A DNA stretch of 64,000 nt. Source: the human T2T-CHM13v2.0 reference genome, Homo sapiens. Below are positions 57,865 to 64,000 of the stretch, piece after piece (within the stretch, counting starts at the first letter, position 1; the number at the start of each line of letters is the position of its first letter). The stretch is taken from the NCBI RefSeq assembly GCF_009914755.1, contig NC_060925.1; one strand, given 5' to 3'. The notes below the pieces were generated by a model. The model did not search any database and was not told the origin of the DNA. It saw only the letters and a list, made by a program, of their open reading frames with translations. The position numbers and the translations under genes are program-made.

Positions 57865-59699
57865 ACTATGAAATCTGGTCTAACAGCATAATTAGCCAAT
57901 AAACAGATATATAATGTAATGTTAGGTAGTGAAAAGTTGTATTTTCTTAAGATATGAAAAAAATTAGGTATATAGAGAAAGATGACATGATATTCTTGAA
58001 CAGTGGTTGACATTTGGGTTTAGACTTAAATGAAGGGAGCGGCAAGTTGGGCAAATCTCTGAAGAGAGAGCAATGTGGCAGAGGGAAAATGAGTGCTCAA
58101 AGGCTGAACAAGGCAGGAAAGAGCAGCAGGCCAGTGTGGCTGGAACACAGCGAGCACGGGCCAATGTGATCAGAGAGGAACCAGGTAACCTAGAGCTGCA
58201 GGGCTTGGTAAGCCACAGGAAGGCCTTTGGATATTGTGCTAAGAAGGGCCAGGAAGCCAACAGAGAATGTATCTGACTAATGTTTTGAGAATATCAGTTT
58301 CAAGTCTGTATGAATAAAAACAACCACAACAACCTCAATATCTCTTACCACCTAACATTTATGGGACATTTACTGTTTGCCATGTCCTATCTAAGTAATT
58401 TGTGCATAACAAGTTGTCTGACACAACCATGTGAGGTAAACAGTATCACTGTTCTCATCCTCATTCCTCTAAACTGAGGTTTAGAAAGGCTAATTAGTAT
58501 TCGCAAAGTCACATGACAGGGAATCTGGTTCCAGAACCCATGGAATTAACCACTGTACTAGACTGCAGGAAGCAAAGAGTGAAAAGAGAAGACTAAGTTA
58601 GCTATTAAAGTTTCCGGGCAAGAAACCAAAGAGGCTGAGCCCAGAGTAGCAAAGTGGGGTGTATTCTGAAGGCAGAAAACCAACATGATTTGCTAATGAG
58701 TGGAGAGTAAGAAGAGTCAAGAATGACTACGGGGTTTTCAGCCTAGGTAAGTAAATGAATGGAGTCACTGTACATGAAAATGGAAACACTAGGTGAAAGA
58801 GCAGTTTTAATTACAAGCATCGGGTAGGAGAGGAGTTTATCGATAACTGTCAAAATGAGCCAGACATCCCAGAATAGAACAAAACTGAGGGCACCAGGAT
58901 TATCCCCCAACCGGGGATCTGTTTGTATTATTCACTTCTAAACTCTTTCCTTAGAGCCCTGGAGCCCTAGGGAGGTATCTAGGGGTAGGGGACTAATTGG
59001 GAATGAAGTGATATGAGAAGAGGCCAAACAAGCAGGTTTTAACCCCAACCTTAAACTAGAGGCAGTGCTTAGCTGTTTCCTATACAGTATTTGAATTCCA
59101 AGTGAGGATTCTTTGAAAAAATAAAAGGCAGAGTAAAGAAAAGTTTTAAATCTCACGTTTTGAAGAAAAGTTTTAATAAATTTAATGTAATTGTGTTAAG
59201 TTCTATAATTCCCAGTATAGCTCAATTATCACCATCTAAATGTATTATTTAAAAGTGGCCATTACCACTTTAGTCTTATCTGGCATTCCCTAGGTCCCTT
59301 GTGCTCTGCTCTGGTGACAGGAATACTGAAAAATGAGGAGAAAGGAAGAAGGGAGAGGGGATGAGTGCTCCACAGGGCCTGCATGGATCTGCCAACCCAA
59401 TTAACTTGCCAATACCAGCCCCAGGAAAGGCAGCAGTTCATGATTATAATTGTAAAAAGAATAACACGAAAAATACCAACATAACCCTATAAACCAGAAA
59501 GCCTGAAAAAGAAACAATGCAATCCACCACTATATAATTCTGAGGTAAATTCCTAATTTGCCACCTTATAGAGACACCAACTTTAAATGTTTCAATTTCC
59601 CATCGAGAAAAACCTATTTATACATAAACAAAACAAAACAATACTATTTTTTTCTTTTCTGATATGAAAATATATATGATTAAGGATGTTCTTTTTTAC

Positions 59700-59822
59700 G
59701 TTTTCAGAGACAAGGTCTCACGACGTTGCCCACGCTGGTCTTCCCCTCCTGGGCTCAAGCAATCTGCCTGCCTCGGCCTCCCAAAGTGCTAGGACTACAG
59801 GCGTGAGACACCGTGCCTGGCT
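59700..59822 (-). mobile_element. Alu monomer (FLAM-like)
   Basis: Single-arm antisense Alu. Confidence 0.8.
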
Positions 59823-60530
59823 GATTGAGAATGTTCTTAAGATAGGAAACAGCATAAATTTGTTTTTCACTCTGAGAATAAAAGGAAGGAAGAGGTCCGC
59901 AATGCCTCTGAGGAATCTAGAGACATTTATTTCTAGCATTAGAAGGCTTCAATATGAAGCTGAACCAGGAAACTTATTTTTCTTTTTTGAGCTGAATTAT
60001 TTTAAAACAGGGATACAAAGCTTAGAGAACTAAACTTTGATGGGTTACAGAACTATTATTTTTACCCTGAATGAAGGGAAAAGGTTTACTATCTGAAAAT
60101 TTATCCTATTAAACTATATTATCAAAGCACTATGCTTTGACATAGCACTATGCCTTTTGTAGAGGCTGACAGCTAACATTTACTAATCACTTATAGGCCA
60201 GGCATGGATTACCTCGGTCATTCTTTACAGCAAACCTTAGGTAGGCACAATTTCTCCCCCCATTTTAGAGACCAGAAAACTAAACTGGAGTGAAAAGAAA
60301 AAAATTGCCGAAGGTCAGAGACTCTAAATGGCAGAGGCAGGATATGAACTGAGGCAGAGAAAAACAACTTCCTTCTGTATTCTTCTTCAATTCCTTGCTC
60401 CAGTAAGGCATGTATATAGTCCACCCAAGAGTTCAGATGAAATTGGTAATCCAGACTCGTAAGCGGCCCACCACCTGCTGCAGTGGCACATGCTCATGCC
60501 TAATGCCCAATTCTCCCATGTCAAGATGTA

Positions 60531-61095
60531 CAGTAAGTCCTCACTAATAGCCTCGATAGGTTCTTGGAAACTTTATGTGAAACAATGTATAATGAAACCA
60601 ACTTAAGTTTCTACAGCATATTTGTGGTCATAAAACATTGCCAAACTTCTAAATAAAGACCAAAACACTTCTAATGGTAAACCTTGAAATAAATGTGAGC
60701 TATATACACATTTAAGAAAGATTAATAAAAACAAGGTAATTATTTATGCCATTAGTCCAGTTTTAGGGTTGCAGGTGGCTGGGGCCTATCCTGGGAGCTC
60801 AAAGCACGAGATGGGAGCCAGCCTTGGGCAGGACGCCATTCTACTGCAAGGTGCACTCACACACACCCATATTCACTCACACTAAGATAACAGATACGTC
60901 AGTCCACATCCCAAAGATGCACACATTGGGATGTGGGAGGAAACTGGAGCACCTGAAGAAAACTTCGCAGACATGGGGAGAACTTGCATGCTCCACACAG
61001 ACATTGGCCTCGGCCAGGAATTGATTCTTTATCCCTCATCAACATTATAACAAAACGACACTGAACAGAATAATGTTATTCAAGAACCTGCTGTA
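60531..61095. mobile_element. MER6-like (Tigger family) element
   Basis: TA-CAGTAAGTCCTC ... GAACCTGCTG-TA termini; internal GGGATGTGGGAGGAAACTGGAG. Confidence 0.75.
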
Positions 61096-61452
61096 CTGCA
61101 CATGGTATTTTTCAGTTCTACAGTTAAATCTTTTTAAGTCTCTTCCCTGCCCACTTCCAAAGCACACATACACATCACTATCACTACCTTGGGGGTCTAC
61201 AAAAATCTAGTTCAAATACGGAAGAAAACAGGTCATGCTGGAAGGCCATCCAGGTGGGGATGTTCAAAGGGCAGTTGGAAACTTGTGTGGAACTCCAAAA
61301 AAAAGTCATGACTGGAAATGTAAATTTAGGAGCCATCTTCGCATGGGATAGCTGAAGCCGTGTGCCTGCCACAGATTGCCAAGGGAGTACAGAGAGAAGA
61401 GAACAGAGAACAGATTGTCATGAAATAAAGTCATTTAGAATAAGAACTCCTT

Positions 61453-61561
61453 GAATGGCGTGAACCCGGGAGGCGGAGCTTGCAGTGAGCGGAGATCGCG
61501 CCACTGCACTCAAGCCTGGGCGACAGAGCGAGACTCCGTCTCAAAAAAAAAAAAAAAAAAA
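61453..61561 (+). mobile_element. 5'-truncated AluY right arm with perfect 16-bp TSD
   Basis: TSD AGAATAAGAACTCCTT at 61437-61452 and 61562-61577; pure A tail. Confidence 0.93.
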
Positions 61562-62149
61562 AGAATAAGAACTCCTTAAGCCTTGCTGCTTTCTTGATCA
61601 CAGTAAACAACTCAGTGGTCAAAAGCTGACTTATTATAAATGATTTCTGACTAATTTTTTGACTAATTCATTTCTAAGTGTAAATGATAGGTATATATAT
61701 ATTTTAAAAAGACATATAAGGGCATATAGTTTCCTTAAAAATTAGAAAAATGCTATTATAATAATATTGTGATCAACAATAGTTTTGGAGCTTAATCTTT
61801 GTAAATCCTTGATATTTTCCTAAAATTAAATTACTATAAGTGAAATTATTAGGTCTTAAAGCTTTCTGATTGCTGAAATGTTCTCCAGAATTATTGCATG
61901 AGCTTATATTCCTACTGGCTTTGTATGAGTGCACACATCTTTTTAACCATTTGCCAACCCAGCATAGTAAGTTTTAATCTTTGAAAACAGCTCAATTTGA
62001 TAGGTAACATTTATCTTACTAATGTTTTAATTACATCTTATATTTTTAAGTCAGCATTTTTCATATTTTATTGGCCATTTAATTCTTCAACTGCTTGCTC
62101 ATATCCTTTATCCACTTTTCTACTGGGTTAATCTTTTCCCTACTGAGTT

Positions 62150-62446
<297 letters not shown>

Positions 62447-64000
62447 TAAGAGCTCTTTGGTTGTTAACCGCTGTCATATGACACAACAACAATTTCAACC
62501 TTTTTACTCTGCTTGTGTGGAAGAGTATGTTAATACAAAGTTTTTATTATCGGTACAGGAAGGCAGAATATAATTATATTAATTATCAATGTAAAGTTTT
62601 TAAAAATCCAAGATTCTTCCCATGTTCATAGAAATATGAAAAATACAGAAAAACAATGAAAGATTATTGAAGAAGAAATAGCATTGATCCAAATCACTCT
62701 CCAAGTGGCCCAAGAATTATGAATTGTTTAATAATCTAACACCAAACTACTTTCCTTATTAGGCTCTAATTCTAGCCCATGATTAAAAAAACTTAAATAT
62801 ACACTTAAAAATCAACTTAAGTATGATGCTCCCGACAGTATAATCTAGAGATATGTCATGATGCCTTAGTACTCTCTGAGCTTTCATTTCCCTTTTAGTG
62901 AAGAATTGATAAAGTTATACTTTACAAATAAGAAATTCATCTGGTGAAACACATTATATTTTGAGCTGTCTAGCTCTGCTGTCAGAACAGAGATCTACAA
63001 TTTGTTAACCTCAGCTATAATCTTACCAGCACTGCACAACTCTTTCTTAGATTCCCAAGCAGGGCTCTGTATTTATATCACACACACCACTCCCACTGCA
63101 AACTTCATGAGGAAGACAGAGCAACCTCTCTCCACAAGGAGACTGGGGATCCTGAGCAGGTCTCAGCTTGATCCCCACCCAGGGAATTATACAACCTCAT
63201 TCTAGCCCATGCAAGGAAGTATCACTGTTAAGACAGATATTCTGACAGCTATGGCAAACTTGCTATATTATTAATATAATTCGTTGGAAGAGTCTGCAAT
63301 TCGGCATTAAAAACAAAAATACAAACAGAACAAAACACTTAGCTGCTTGACATTACAAACATACATTCTGGCACTTCTTGAGGCTCACTGAGCAGGTACT
63401 GCACTAGGCATGAGGATACAGAGATTAAAAGTAAAACATCTGTTTCAATTCCAGGGTCTAGAAGAGTTACGATTTAAATTCCTTAAGTTATTTTGGCACA
63501 AACAGTGTAATTATTATTTGTTTTAATGGACTAGAGGACATGAGTGAGAGGTTCCTGACATTCATCCTGGAGCACTTAGTTAACATGCAAGCCCAAGACT
63601 GGATATAAATAATCATCAGTAAATGAGGAAAGCTTGTAATCAAAAACCCTACTCCAGTGAGACAACTCAAGAAGCCTTATCTCATCTCAAAGCCAGAGAA
63701 TTTAGTAATTAACATAGTGGATATTAGAAATTATGACAGTATTAGAGAAGAATGGTACTCAAGAAAGGTGTTATGGCTACACACTGTATAGGGACCACTG
63801 CTCTTACATGAACATATACATGAATCTAGTTAATCTAATGGCCTACTATTAGGGACTGTACCCTGAGCCTTATGACTCCTGCTGGTTCTGTTAGTTCCCC
63901 ATAAAGGAATTCTGTTATTTGATTCCAATTAGGTTCAGCTGAATCCTAAAAGCACACTAGCATTTTTGCCTTAAATAAACCTTCCATAAAAGGTGCTTGG

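Noticed and set aside
58969-59001. Possible G-quadruplex in EGLN1 intron 1
   Set aside because: Long loops (9 and 7 nt) and no other support; common by chance.

Overview
Primate genomic DNA, recognisably the human 1q42 EXOC8-SPRTN-EGLN1 locus (identified from the translated proteins). It holds three genes. EXOC8 is complete and intronless (- strand, CDS 18995-16818, 725 aa). SPRTN is complete with 5 exons (+ strand, 19634-34612, 489 aa) and shares a bidirectional CpG-island promoter with EXOC8. EGLN1/PHD2 exons 2-5 and the 3'UTR lie on the - strand; exon 1 is beyond the window. The rest is dense in Alus, old L1/L2/MIR fragments, LTRs and Tigger/MER DNA transposon fossils, and most short ORFs in the track are repeat or antisense artefacts. 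The most unusual observation is a ~185-bp, ~92%-identical copy of EXOC8 coding sequence inside SPRTN intron 1. It is antisense to EXOC8 mRNA in the SPRTN pre-mRNA, is flanked by two short palindromes and carries a stronger splice-donor motif than its source. Other notable items are three consecutive EGLN1 exons that regenerate a 5' splice site after splicing (recursive-splicing architecture), a ~31-bp-phased NRF1-motif array, and several routes to SPRTN splice variants. Repeat subfamily names come from remembered consensus sequences, and repeat boundaries are approximate.
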